Origin: Parasitella parasitica NRRL 2501
Taxonomy: Eukaryota > Fungi > Mucoromycota
DNA: 64,000 nucleotides
Direction: 5' to 3'
Assembly: GCA_025201805.1 (NCBI GenBank)
Contig: MU619296.1
Location: 62,001 to 126,000, forward strand
Part shown: piece by piece, positions 36,226 to 48,761 of the stretch
How the letters are laid out: each line of letters begins with the position of its first letter
Numbering within the stretch: position 1 is the first letter of the stretch
Notes under the pieces: model-generated
Database searches by the model: none
The model's input: the letters and a program-made list of their open reading frames with translations, nothing else
Told to the model about the DNA's origin: nothing
Program-made: the position numbers and the translations under genes

Positions 36226-37560
36226 TTTTCAATCATTTTTATCAACAAAACCCACAAAACACCAAAAACAATAATTAATCCGACAAAAAAGAGACGATCA
36301 ACCCCTATTTCCCCCCTTTTATGTGTATACCTTCCTTCTTTCCTCAAATTTGATGCTGAACAGCCATTATTCTACTCTATGACTCCAACAAACCTATGCT
36401 TTATGAAAAGAAAAAATTATTTATTTGTTTATTTTACTGCCACTTCTATGCCTACAATCACGCTTTCCTTCTTTATCCCCCCTCCTCTGTTCGCCATCAT
36501 CTTATCAAATCCGTATTCAGCCAGGTAGCTGATTTCTCTTTATTCTTATCATGTTTTTACAACAAACTCAAAACAAAATGGAAATAGTGTCATTTATTAA
36601 TCACACCGTTCAGGGTCGTCATCTCCCTTTCTCCTAATGAAAATAATAAAAAAAAACCCATATTTTTTTCCATCTCACACACACATTATCAAACAGGATG
36701 ATTTTCTCGTTTTGCAGAAAAAAGGAGGTCCTTTTGCAGCGAAACAATCATAGCATTACCCCGGTAATGTAAAAGAGGTTCATCACTATTATTAAAACAT
36801 GATTTCTACAAACCATGTGATGTAGCTGGTGGTTTTTTACTATGCTTAAATACATGAGAAGTTTTTTTTTTGTTACATTACAAGAGAGTTGCATTAATTG
36901 TAACCAAAAGTTGCTATTATTTGAATCATCAACAGCATTTCCTTTCGACATTCAAGACTCTTAAACAGGAGAGAGAGAAAAAAAAACGGATACCCGCTTC
37001 AACATAAACAGGAGATGACAAAAACGAGCTTGTACTTTTATTTTCTTGTGTATATCATGATCAGCATACGATTGAAATAGAATCCAGGTGTTGTTGTTGC
37101 AAACACCCGTGTTTTCTTTGAAGCGCAGCAGATCAGAAAATCTGGGAGTGGAAACAAACGATTCAGGTACTTATTTGCATGTATTTGAGACTTCTGATAC
37201 TATCATTCTTTAAATCCAAGTATGCTGATTACATCAGTTTCAAAAAAGAGGGCTATATCTGTATTAGTGAGAATAAAAGTGGCTCGCATCCATCCGGTAA
37301 TGTACAGACGTTGGCTTTCCTTTTTGTTTAATTTACATGCAAGGGTGAGGTGCTAAATTATGCCTTTGAAGATGTATAAACGTCAAAATGCATAATCATT
37401 TCTGCTATTTTTTGTCATGACCAAACCTGGATTGAGGCTCTGATCATCAGGTGCTATTATTTAGTCTGGCGAGAATAAATCAGAAATTTCAACACATGTA
37501 TACTTTTTGCTATTTACTTTATTTTTAACAATAACCATTATAAATGGGTATTACTGCAGT

Positions 37561-38432
37561 CTACATGCCCTTAATATAGTTTGGGTTAGCTTTGAAGACG
37601 TCATTAATAATATCAACGATATTTTTAAGAGCCTTGACCCATTCCTCCATTTGCTTAAAGCCAGCGTCATTGACGACTTCAATCTTCTGGTAAAAGTCCT
37701 TACGATAAGGACACGCATTCATAGCCACCTTTAGGAAATAAAAATTAAAAAAAAAAAAGTCGATCAAATGGCATACGAAAGTAGGATAGATATTAACTTA
37801 CGCTAATAACAGGGCGAACAACCCAACTATGAAAAGGAGACAACGTGACAGTGTATGCACTCTTGAATGATTCTTTCAACTCCTGGGAAGGATCATTGAT
37901 ACTTTTAAGTAAAGCCTGTGCAGTGAAATCGAGACCTCTATTTATAGGCCCGAAATCAATTAATCTCCAGTGTCACTTTGCACTACAAATCTCTCCTTTT
38001 TACTTACCTAGTTAACCAAAGAAGACCTTGGGTAGCAGTTTTTTTCTTTTCAAGTGCTTCGGTAGCCAGCAAACTCTGAAGAGTAGCGTTGGCCTCAGGA
38101 TTAGTTTTATAATGTTCTTTAATTTTCTACAAAAAGGAAAACCAGCCCAAGCGCGTAAGCTATCTTACCTCTTCTTTTTATCCCCTTTCCAATACAATAC
38201 TTACAGTGAGATTGCCATTCATGTCTTTTTGGATTACAGAGAAAGCAGCAGACCCGAGCAAGTCTTTAACAAATGAGACTATATCCTTCTTATTGAAGAG
38301 CATACGTCAAAGATATCACTTACCAAAAAGCTTAACAACGCCCTCAGTAGCCTCAAGAAATTGCATGGTGTCAATACCGTTATCAGTATCGACATCTACA
38401 TATGATTTAGAAAGCTTGTCAAAATAGGTCAT
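37561..38432 (-). CDS. Glycolipid transfer protein (GLTP / HET-C2-like), 5 exons
   Basis: Spliced: MTYFDKL...FLEATEGVVKLFDLLGSAAFSVIQKDMNGNL..KI...TATQGLLWLTRGLDFT...AY..TLSPFHSWVVRP...AMNACPYRKDFY. Confidence 0.92.
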
Positions 38433-38642
38433 TTTGCTAGGTAGTAATCAAAAGGAAAGAAAGGAGTATCGAAATGATTTCTATGGATTTTATAGCAGTT
38501 TATTGAAAGCCCGTGAATTGATTAAATTTTACATAAATTAGGTGCCTTGGCAGCTGGTGGGTAAAGCAAAAGAAGCCAAGATTATACTTTTGATCTCTTT
38601 GCTGCTGGTCTTTGTGGGTCAGGCTCCGTTGTCCGTTGTTCT

Positions 38643-39406
38643 TCATCGCTGACTTTTTTTCTCTTCTGTTGATGTCGCCACGTGCTGTGCAGTTTCCACT
38701 TCATCGTACTTATCCTTCCTTTGACCATGCTGACATTCGTCATCTTTGTAGGTCGCAATTATATGGTCGTAGCTCACAACGTACAGATTTAGACAGGTAT
38801 TTTTTATCTTTTCCTGTTTTTGCTCATCGTTTTCAAATACTTCGTTTTGTAATAAATCCTCGGCATGAAGAACCAGTAAATAAGCTGAAAGTAAAGTGCA
38901 GAATGAAAACAAAAGCATCGAATGTTTTTTCATTATATCTGTTTGCAATTGCTCCAGTGTTTCTGTGCAAGGTATATCCGATGCATTTGTGATTATGGTT
39001 TCGATGAATAATTGGCCTTGATCGTTTAAGAATTTTAGGTATTGATCCTCCCTCGATAAATTGATGAAATATAACAGTTGACATCTAGCTTTGTGAGTTA
39101 ATAACAGTATTTTCTCCCGTTTTTTTTTCTTTATCGGATCAATATGTCATACTCTTTAAGTTTTTCAAAATGGCGACGTATATGATTTCCACAAAGGTCT
39201 TTGAGTTTGGTCAAGATAGGTGTAGAATCGTACTTGTAATCTTCGATAAGCTTTTTGACTTTCACCGCGTATCTCTTCAATCTTCGTTTTTCCAGCACCA
39301 AAAGATGATTTTTTACGTAGTATCTTTTAGCACGAAGTGCAGCACCACCTTTTGAAGGTCGTCCTTTTCCTCGTGGCCCATTATCTACAACTTCGTATAA
39401 TTTCAT
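38643..39406 (-). CDS. Hypothetical basic protein, ~231 aa (exons 39406-39153, 39084-38643); start uncertain
   Basis: Donor GA|GTATGA and acceptor CTAG join two track ORFs in frame. N-terminal RGKGRPSK. No family recognised. Confidence 0.55.
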
Positions 39407-40715
39407 GTCAACTGAGAGCGTTAATATGTTAGAAAGAGCTATTATTACAATTTGAAAACGAATCACTTGCCTGCATTCTTTCTCTTTCTTCTAGTTCCAG
39501 CTGTTGTAACATAGGATAGACTCATACTTCCAATTGTTTCCTTCAAATGTGGTATGTAATGAAAAATGATGAGGTTTGTCAAAAAAAAAAAAAATGTGAC
39601 CTTTGAAAAGCACCAGTTACTTCGTGTTACAGACACAGTGGTGCATGCATGGTGTTATGTAATATAAAATCAAAAACATGGCCTGTGTTATCGTAAAAAG
39701 AGGAAGAGATGTTACCTTATCGCTTAGAAAATTGTGACCTGGGATTCCAAGGTAATGGGATGCCGTCTTTTATTGATGCTTGATACACATTGTATAGGAT
39801 CATCAGCAGATAATGTATTTAGCACCTACGTTATATTATAGACATTTGCTACAAGATTTCTGGATGTTTTTTTGCACCATAGGTGAAGGGAACAAAGACC
39901 AACTTGAGTCTATGCTTACACTAGTACTTTTTTTTTATTAACAAAGGGTATCCAAGGGTATCCAAAGACTATTTTTGTTTAAACAAATTTTTTTGGCACA
40001 TACCAAGTCCTGTATTTGTTCAAAGTGTCCTTCCTCTTGGGTGTAATATACACTCTTAGTACAAAAAGCATCTACGACTGAAACATAATTACTGGCCCAA
40101 AGTAGGTTGGTACTATAGTAGGGGCTGGCAGGTAAGAAGTTAGCTTTACGTAGGCCGTACTTGGAACCAGCAGCAAAACAAAGTTGATCTCTTTCATTGT
40201 AGACCAAAAATCTTTTAAATAAAGCTCAGGTGAATGATGCTTCTCTACTCTCTTTCTCTCTCTCTTTCTCTCTCTCTCTTTCCAAAAGCTGAATGGATTG
40301 GTGCATCGCCATTATGGTATCAATGCTTTCGTCTCAAAAGATTGGTTCATAAAATTCGTTATTATTATTGCTATCAATGTGATGAGCTACTCATTGCTTG
40401 TTTTGTGCATTCAATAAACAAACAAGTAAATGTTTTCAGAAAGCGCCATTTGACATTAGGCACTGTATCAAATAGACATCAACAACAAAACACAAATACG
40501 TTTATGGTTTTGTAAAAAGTGTTTGGCCTCCTTCCGTTAAATAAGCGCTCAAACAATTTTTTCGTGTTTGTAAAAAAAGAAGAAATGCTTTACACAAAGA
40601 GTACAAAAAATTATGGCACGACTTGCCTACTTGAGGATAAAAGTAAACAACATAAAAAATCTTACAATTCACTTTTCCTCTTTTCTTCCCATTTCATTGT
40701 ACATTTCGACGTCTC

Positions 40716-42951
40716 ATGGCCAAGGAAAAATACCAGCACTCTTCGCCGAAAAGGTTTTTCAGAGGCGTCAAGTCTTTCCTGAAGGGTAACAGCAGTAACA
40801 ACATTATTAGACATTTAGATCAACAAAACAGCAAGGAACAAGAACTAGATAGTGGTTCAAAAGGTGGTATTGCAGTGACACTAACAACAGACATTAGCAG
40901 TAAACAGCAAACAGGATCCATTACTTTACTGCATCCCAACCTCAGTTTCTTACCTACTCACCCCACAAACTCTTCGATGATCAGCAGCTTAATCCAACAG
41001 GAAAAAGCATATGTCCATTACGAACCGAAGAGATCTCAAGTTGCACTAGGCAGCAGCCCTGATAATACAAAAGACACAAAGGCCTTTCACTTGACCGTGG
41101 AACAGTACGCTTGGCTTATTCAGCAATTGCAGGAGGAACAAGGCTTGTTAGCCTACACTGCAGCTAGTCTATTTCATTCTCCAATGTTAGGTATACTCAT
41201 GACACATCAAAGCATTTCACAAACTACAAAATCTATTGGAAAGAGATTGATTCGTTTTGTACAGCAAAGAAGAAAATCTATGGTAGTACCACATCGTCAG
41301 TGCATTTTCATGTTACCAAAAGCTCTACTGCTACAAGCAGCTGCTTACATCCCAGTAACCAAGCCTTTACCCCCTCCACCCCCTCCCCTTCCTCATGGTA
41401 CTGTGTATTGCCATTCATTATCCCAATTTCCGTTTGAGGTTATACCTGACTCTTACTGCTTGCGTTTGAAACGATACTGTCGCTATGTTTCTTTGTGTAC
41501 TCATGAATTGCTGGTAATACAACGGCGGCATCGAGAGCCATCTCCACCCTCCTCGATTGTTCAAAATAAAAAGAGCAAGAGCTGTGAGCTGGTACCGATA
41601 CAGTGCGCCGACTGTGCTCTTGCCATTTCAAGTCTTCAGGCACTGGTCCAAAACACAAAGCAACAAACACAGGAAGAAACTTACAACAGCTCTATCACAG
41701 TTAGGCTACTTCCTAGTGCTTTGTCTCCTCTTCACAACAATAGCAACAACCAGTCGATTATGTTTCCCGTATCCTATGTACAATATAATACAAACTTGAC
41801 GAGTGTGGCACAGATGAACAATACAGGAAACCCCCAAATAGAAATGAAAAACCAGCAAACTAAGCTTATGTCGTCTGCTATTCAGCCAGATCGAAAACTA
41901 CTATTTAATTCAATCACTAAGAGTCAGAAACCACATGCATTCTCTGCATTTCAATATATTCCTCCTGATAGAACAATGTCATCGAGTAGCATCAGCAGCA
42001 TAAGTGAATTCTCAGGCGTTGAAGAAGAACCGCAAACAGACAATGATGATGAGGATAACGGCGAGGATGAAAATGAAGAAGAGGAGGACGACGAGAATGA
42101 AGAAGAGGACGAAGATATCCAGCAAGACAATGATGATGAGTATCAAGCTAATTGTCCTCCACAAAAGTATGGTTACGTTGCAGTAGATGCTGAAAACGAG
42201 GAAGTTCTCGTTGTGTTTCCTGGAATGTCCTCATTGTCGCACACCATGTTCGAAAATGCCTCGTTTGCAGCTGTTCCATGGCTTGAAATCGAGACAATTA
42301 CTGCTCGACCGCCTATTCATGAAAGAAAACACAACGAGGTCGAAGAGGACACACTGCCTTGGGTGCTGGAATGCGCATTAACAGCCTGGCATAGATGTGA
42401 AATGAGAGTGGTGACTTTACTCATGCGGCTGTGCGGTGCTCTGCCATCTCATTACAAGGTGGTTATTGTAGGCCATTCACTAGGTGGAGGTAAGCTTTAT
42501 TGACTGAGGAAATAATTGTATATTTGCCGACCAACATCTACTTTAATACATAGCTGTGGCAGCATTGTGTGCCTCATCTTTGCGGTCAACTAAATTACTC
42601 TTAAACCGACCCATCACTGTCTGCGCTATTCACCCTCCTCGAGTAGGCAACAAAGCATTCTTGAATACACTGTCCTACCAGAGAGTTGACACTATTCGCA
42701 TCACGGATGATAAAGACCTAATGGCACATTTACCTCCAAGAACTTCTGGCCTACTACATTTAGGCGACTCTACAGTTATTTTACCCAATACTAATGACGT
42801 CGGTAGCAAAGGACACAGTCTTCAAGATATGGCTCTGTGCCAAATGGAAGACACCCTGAACAAAACATTTAATTTCAAAGAATATGACATGCCATCACAT
42901 CTCAAGGCATGGGATATCTGCCTTGATGACGATGAAAACTCTTGTATATGA
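40716..42951 (+). CDS. Class 3 lipase-like alpha/beta hydrolase with long N-terminal extension (intron ~42490-42554)
   Basis: GYVAVD...VLVVFPG, nucleophile elbow VGHSLGG|AVAAL, PRVGN, DLMAHLP, distal His (SHL). Acidic tract upstream of the domain. Confidence 0.82.
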
Positions 42952-43040
42952 GAATAGTGATAATAATAAAGACAGTTTTAATAATAAAGAATATATATAT
43001 GGGAATAGGTTTTGGTGTGGGTGCTCGCATCTTAATTTGA

Positions 43041-43983
43041 TCAATCGCCTCTGTAGGGCGGGGGCTCATCTCCCCGAGTTTCCAACTGATAATATTGATC
43101 ATTATCACCTCCTCCACGTTTTAGTCGGCTGTATACCCAAGTCATTCCTGGCACTTGTTTCCACCATCTCTTTTGCTGGTTGTGATGCTGGTTCCACGCT
43201 TCTTCATTAGCTACAAACGGCATGCTTGCTGGTGTTCTTGTACTCGTATCGGGATTCTGCCACTTTTCCATCATGTCTTTAAATTTGGTTACAAGCTTCT
43301 TGACTTGAGCACGACCCACTAAAAAACCAATAGCCACTGCGCCCGTAATTAACACAGCAATGACAGCCGATTGCCACTGATCACCCATAGTCCATCTCGG
43401 AGTATTGTAATAGTACTGTGGAATATCTTGTCTGATAGAACAAGTATTGTTTGCGCAGTAGCCAGGAATACCATCAATGCCAAAATAGCACTGCATGTTG
43501 TATTGACATGGACTGTCCAATGGCTGCTTCGGTTGACAAGTTTTGGTGCGTTTATCACAATAAGACATACTGCTGCAATTTCCAATAAGTTCCAAATCAT
43601 GCACATCCATCACTTTAGGCCCTCGAAAGTCAACGTAGTTGATTAATTCGTCGGTAATAGGTACAGTAAAGCAAGGCAGCCCCGTATCGTTTTTTATGTT
43701 GTAAGGCGAATAAAAGATTGTATATAAAGGGTCTATGCTCACTTCAAATCCACCTCTGTCTAAAGTTAATAATTAGTTCAAATGTTAGCTACGTTATGAG
43801 TATTATTTTAATATGAAAAAGTTTCATCTTACTTCTATTTTTGCATACAAGACCACCATCTGTAGCGTAACAGCCATGCACAGGGTAGAATTGACAATTG
43901 GCAGGATCAATGCAATGCTGCTCGTAAGCCAGCACTTCAAAAAAACATGTCAAAATCGCCAGCACCCAAAAATAAAGGTACAT
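43041..43983 (-). CDS. Type I membrane protein with Cys-rich ectodomain and C-terminal PPxY (exons 43983-43833, 43759-43041)
   Basis: Signal peptide, many ectodomain Cys, one TM segment (AVIAVLITGAVAIGFLVG), tail DEPPPYRGD. In-frame splice. Confidence 0.8.
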
Positions 43984-44689
43984 CAGTGTTGATTTTTATG
44001 TTGTATTTATGAAAAGAAATGTTTTCTACAGAGTAAAAAGAAAAGAGAAATTTAATTTTTTCATTCATCTCTTTTTGGAATGAAAGAAGTTACAGTAAAG
44101 TGAGTATTGAAAATGATTGGTCATTTTTAAATTTCACTTTGACCTAAATGAAAAGTATGATGTAAATTCAAAAGAATAACTAGTGAAGAAGCATATCTAA
44201 TATGGGTCAAAACTATCCACTTGTGGCATCTGTGCAGAATATATTGCCTTCGCATACAATAGATCACTACTATCAGATAATCAAACAGGGGTTTGGTGTG
44301 GATTACGAGCTCTTCCCAAGTAGAAACTGATATAGAATTAAAAGAAAACAAGTTTAATAGGTAACTATAAATGCAAATAAACTATTTTTTGTGTAAGAAG
44401 AAATTTATATACTTGAGGTGGATATGTGTTTATAGATTTTGTAACTGCTTGTTTACTTGAGGCTTGTTGTGTGTATGCATTATTTTTCTTTGAGGTTGAC
44501 TGTGATGAGAAGCATTTGTGCTGTTGGAGTTTTCGGAGGTGTATGTTGGATTTACATTAAATGATGAGCAACGATTTCATCTGATGGTTCTTCAAGTAAA
44601 CCCAGTAATTTCAATTGCAAATTGATGAAAAATGGCCTCCTGTTTAGCTATATCCAGATAAAAAAAAATCGAGTTAACATTAGCAATAA

Positions 44690-44870
44690 CAAAAATTCTA
44701 CCACTAAAAGAAACGCAAATAACTCAAATACTCCTGTATACTGAACAATTCCAGAGAAAGAAGTAGGAAAGGTTGCAGATCTACACTCGACTATCTGCTA
44801 TGGGACGAAGATACTGTAATACCTTGTATCTGACTAATGTCATCTTGTTTTGGATTACATGTCATGTGTA
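44690..44870 (-). pseudogene. Possible decayed fragment of a multicopy Mucorales protein family
   Basis: Disrupted frames give VIQNKMTLVRYK and RSATFPTSFSGIVQYTGVFELFAFLL, which resemble C-termini I recall from a repeated Mucorales family. No intact ORF. Confidence 0.3.
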
Positions 44871-47800
44871 AACGCTGATCTTCTTCACAGTCTTAAATGA
44901 AGCTTTTCTGTAATTTGATATGGAACACCTTCCATTTATCAGATCCAGTCTTCGTGTTCTCTAGCGTATCGATTAAGGTATGAGATATCATGCTAGGATT
45001 TTTGTAGCTAAAAAGTAAAAACATAAAAATAAAAAATTAGAGTTATGTCAAAATGAGTCAGTAAAATGAATCTGCCAAAGAGTTACACTTTTATTAGAAA
45101 TACATCCAGAGGATGGATTTATATAAACTAACATTACGTGCTAAAGTCAGTATACAAGACTGTAACCAAGATTTATGTATAGAGCATGCGGTGTAAATCC
45201 CTGATTCACCACGCACATTGGCTTTAGCCACTTGATCTTGCTACAAGCTCTATGGCATGTTATTGATATAACACATGGTTCTACGGTCATTTTAGCACAA
45301 GTTACGCGCAAATATTGTTTAGGATACAGATCAAATCTTAGCAGTAATAGATTATAATCTGTATAATCTATCATAAAGCTAGCATGAGTAGAAATGTGTA
45401 GTAGAATGGAATGACTTTATTTAGACATGGCAAAAAGACATGAGTGGTGCCATTGAATGACTGATCTTTATTCCAGTACAAAGTGGTGCTATTCTATGAC
45501 ATGTGGTTCCTGAAATCGGTGTTAAATCCTGGTGAATGTTCTTCCATCAAAACTACTATGAAAAACATTCTATCCTTCATACGTATCTGCGCTCTGGTCT
45601 TACTGGTAACTTGGAAACTCTGATCCACCAAGCTCCTAGGGATTGGTTCAAGGCGTACCCAATTATCCCTCATCCTAGATCATGGTCTTATTGCTGCAGC
45701 ACTTTCAAATAACTGTAAATACCTTCAAAGCGTACACTAGTTTAAATCTTTATTCAATCTTGGAATAGCAAATAAATAAATTCAGTTCTAATTGTATTTT
45801 TCCTGCCTATATTTCGCTGCTATTCTAAACAACGTTATTCAATTGGACTGTAGAACCGTATTTTGAAGAATGTTTATAAAATATATTGAGTAATTTATTA
45901 TGAATAAAGTGTAATTCTTTTGCGGAAGTTGGATCAAAAAAAGATAAAACCAAAGGTGTTAACGAGATACGAAAACTTAACGATACTTTATTCGAGATCG
46001 AAATTGCATCTGCTATTTAGGCTTGGTGGCAGTTCAGTAGCAATCACGCTGCCTAAAACACTATAATAAATGTATTGTTTAAATAAAGAAACCTTTCCTT
46101 TTTCCGATTCTCAGCTTTTATCATCATCTCCCTCATCATTTTCAGAAATGTCGGACACTTTATTAGAAACCTCTAAAGTTTATTATCATAAACCGTATCA
46201 GTTTCAAACTTTTTCTCCAAAAATTCACACAAGCTCTACTAACGTTATCATTTATTTTATCTAATTAAAAATTCTGGGGTGATTTAATTGAGTGCTTCTT
46301 CAAACAGTCTTTTTATGGTTTCTGAAAAAAACGTTCAAGTAAATAATAAATGTCCCGGTGTTTGTGATAATATTGTTAAGGTTTCTGACAATAAACCTTT
46401 TATTTCTGATCAAAGCTGAGAAGATTCTGAGAGAAGAGAAATGTCTCCCTAGGAAGATTTCAATTAGGGAGAAGAAGCATTAAATACAACGACATTTTTC
46501 AAATAACCTGGCATCTACTAGAAGCTTATTACGAAGCTTAACTTTTGTTAGTAATATTACCCTAAACCTCAATCCTCACCTCTATCCTACTTTTTATTTT
46601 ACATGTTAAGCATTATTATAAGCAACAACGGAAATAGGGCTTCTCTGTCACTAGCAAATTCGCAACTTGCAAATTATTCACAAGTAACAAGGGGTCATTA
46701 CGGCAAAACATTGTCTTCATTAATTATTCTCTTCTGCTTCCAACTCGATGGGCCACACCTGTTTTATCATATTACCATGAAGAAAGGTATACTTGTTGCA
46801 TGAAAAACACTTAATTTATAGAGCTTTGTCATGTACTCGAATTGATATTTGACGTGGTATTATCTTCAGATAGATAGTTTTTACAGCTAAAAAGCAAGAA
46901 ATTCAGCTTTGTGTGCCATTTTTCGATTGAATTTCATAAACAAAAGTGCCCTGAAATCACGAGAAATAGTATCCATTGAGAAAAAACTATATTATATATG
47001 ATTTTGGTGCATTTTGAGCATCATTTTTTTTTTCGATGCAAAATGACGGATTTGTTCGATTTTTTCCTTGTATCCACACATCCAAAATCATCGATTCTGC
47101 ATTATTCTCGATTTTGACCTCAAAAATGCAACTTTTTACTATAACATGTATTGGAGAAAAATGATCGTAAAAGACCATTCCTTGATCTGAAAGACTGAAA
47201 ATGCGCTCTGGTTAAGCAAAATATTGACTTATCCCTCTTGATCTGTTTTTGAGGTTTTCTCGACAGAACTCCTTCAATAAGTATACGGGAATTACGAAAT
47301 GATACCAGCGTGTAGAGCGTCCAAAAATACAGCTATTATCATAGACTGACAGCGGTGGTATGCATAGTGCCAGAAGATGATATCTTGTCTCAAAAGAGTA
47401 ATTTTGATTTCTTAATGTCCAAATGGAGTTTCTGAAAGAATTTTTCCTTCCTGATTTTGGATGCGTTTAATCTCCGCTATTAAAGAAAAATGGTGTCTTT
47501 TTCAAGAAAGTATTAGCTTTTGAGAAGCTATGGCTGACCCAATTTAAGAGCAAAACAATTGAAATTTAATTTATTCAAATTCTGTGCTTCTTGGCTTTTT
47601 GATGATAGTACTTGCATGTCTGCACCTGACCTGACGACCTCACGCTCCGATTTTGAAAAATACTTTTCCGAAAAAAAGTCAGAAAAGTCGCTACCTTCAT
47701 TTGATATCAACTTTAAAAATACAAAAATTTACTCTAATCTATGCAAATACGTAATCAAAAGATGCCTTGTAGTCTAATGTATTACTTTTAATCACTTGTT

Positions 47801-48761
47801 TTTGTCCTTTTTCTGACAATAACACACTGAAATTCGTGTAGGCGCCTAAAATCTACACTGGCTATACAAAGACACACACTTTGGAACTATTCCAATGCAA
47901 TACTATGGAAAAGATGGCATAGATTTGACTAGCTGTTGTACTGTGCAACTTGATATAGAGAACCAAACTTAGTACTTATCTGACAAGGCTTCCTACACTA
48001 GAAGACGTCAGATCAACTGAAGGTATAACAAATTGCTGGAGAAAAGGAAACAACTTGCCACCAGGATAACACACCCATACATAAAAAATTATTTGTATAG
48101 AAATTTATGAAATCCCAAGGACATAAATGTGTTTATCTTTTCCACCTTATATCCTTTTCAAATACACTCAATAATGATCTACACGTTGGAGCCACACTAG
48201 TCATTAAAAATGGAGCTTACAGCGAGACACGTCGGGTATTTGTCATTTTCAGGACAGAAACTGCAATGTAAATAAAGCTAGCTTTGCACGGTCTGCCCTC
48301 CCCTCCCCATTATGATAAGCGTTTGGTGCATCAATGTTTCTTGGTTCTTTGATTTCTTAATATAGACACGTATTTTAACTGTATTAAATAATTAATATAT
48401 CTTACAATTATTTTAGCAGAAGTTGTGAGCAAATATCTAATATTTATAAATATTAAAAAATAAAACTAATTTTGCAGATAGCATTGTTAATATTATTGTC
48501 AAGTTTATTTGAAGGAATATAGCGTAATGCGTTATTTTCTTGACTTGGGTAATATTTATCAACTAATACGAAGCAAAATTTCGTTTAGTCTCCACATATT
48601 ATATAAAGTGTGTATTCAAACTGATTGTGAATAAAGACGCTTTTCTGGCCTATTTTGTAACCAATATATCCGCGTACAATGAAACAAGATCATTTTATTG
48701 GAATTTAAGATTAAAAAGAAAAAGGAATATTAACATTGGTATTTAATCGGATGACTATCAC

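Noticed and set aside
45400-46600. Possible retroelement remnants
   Set aside because: No RT, integrase or gag motif could be identified with confidence.
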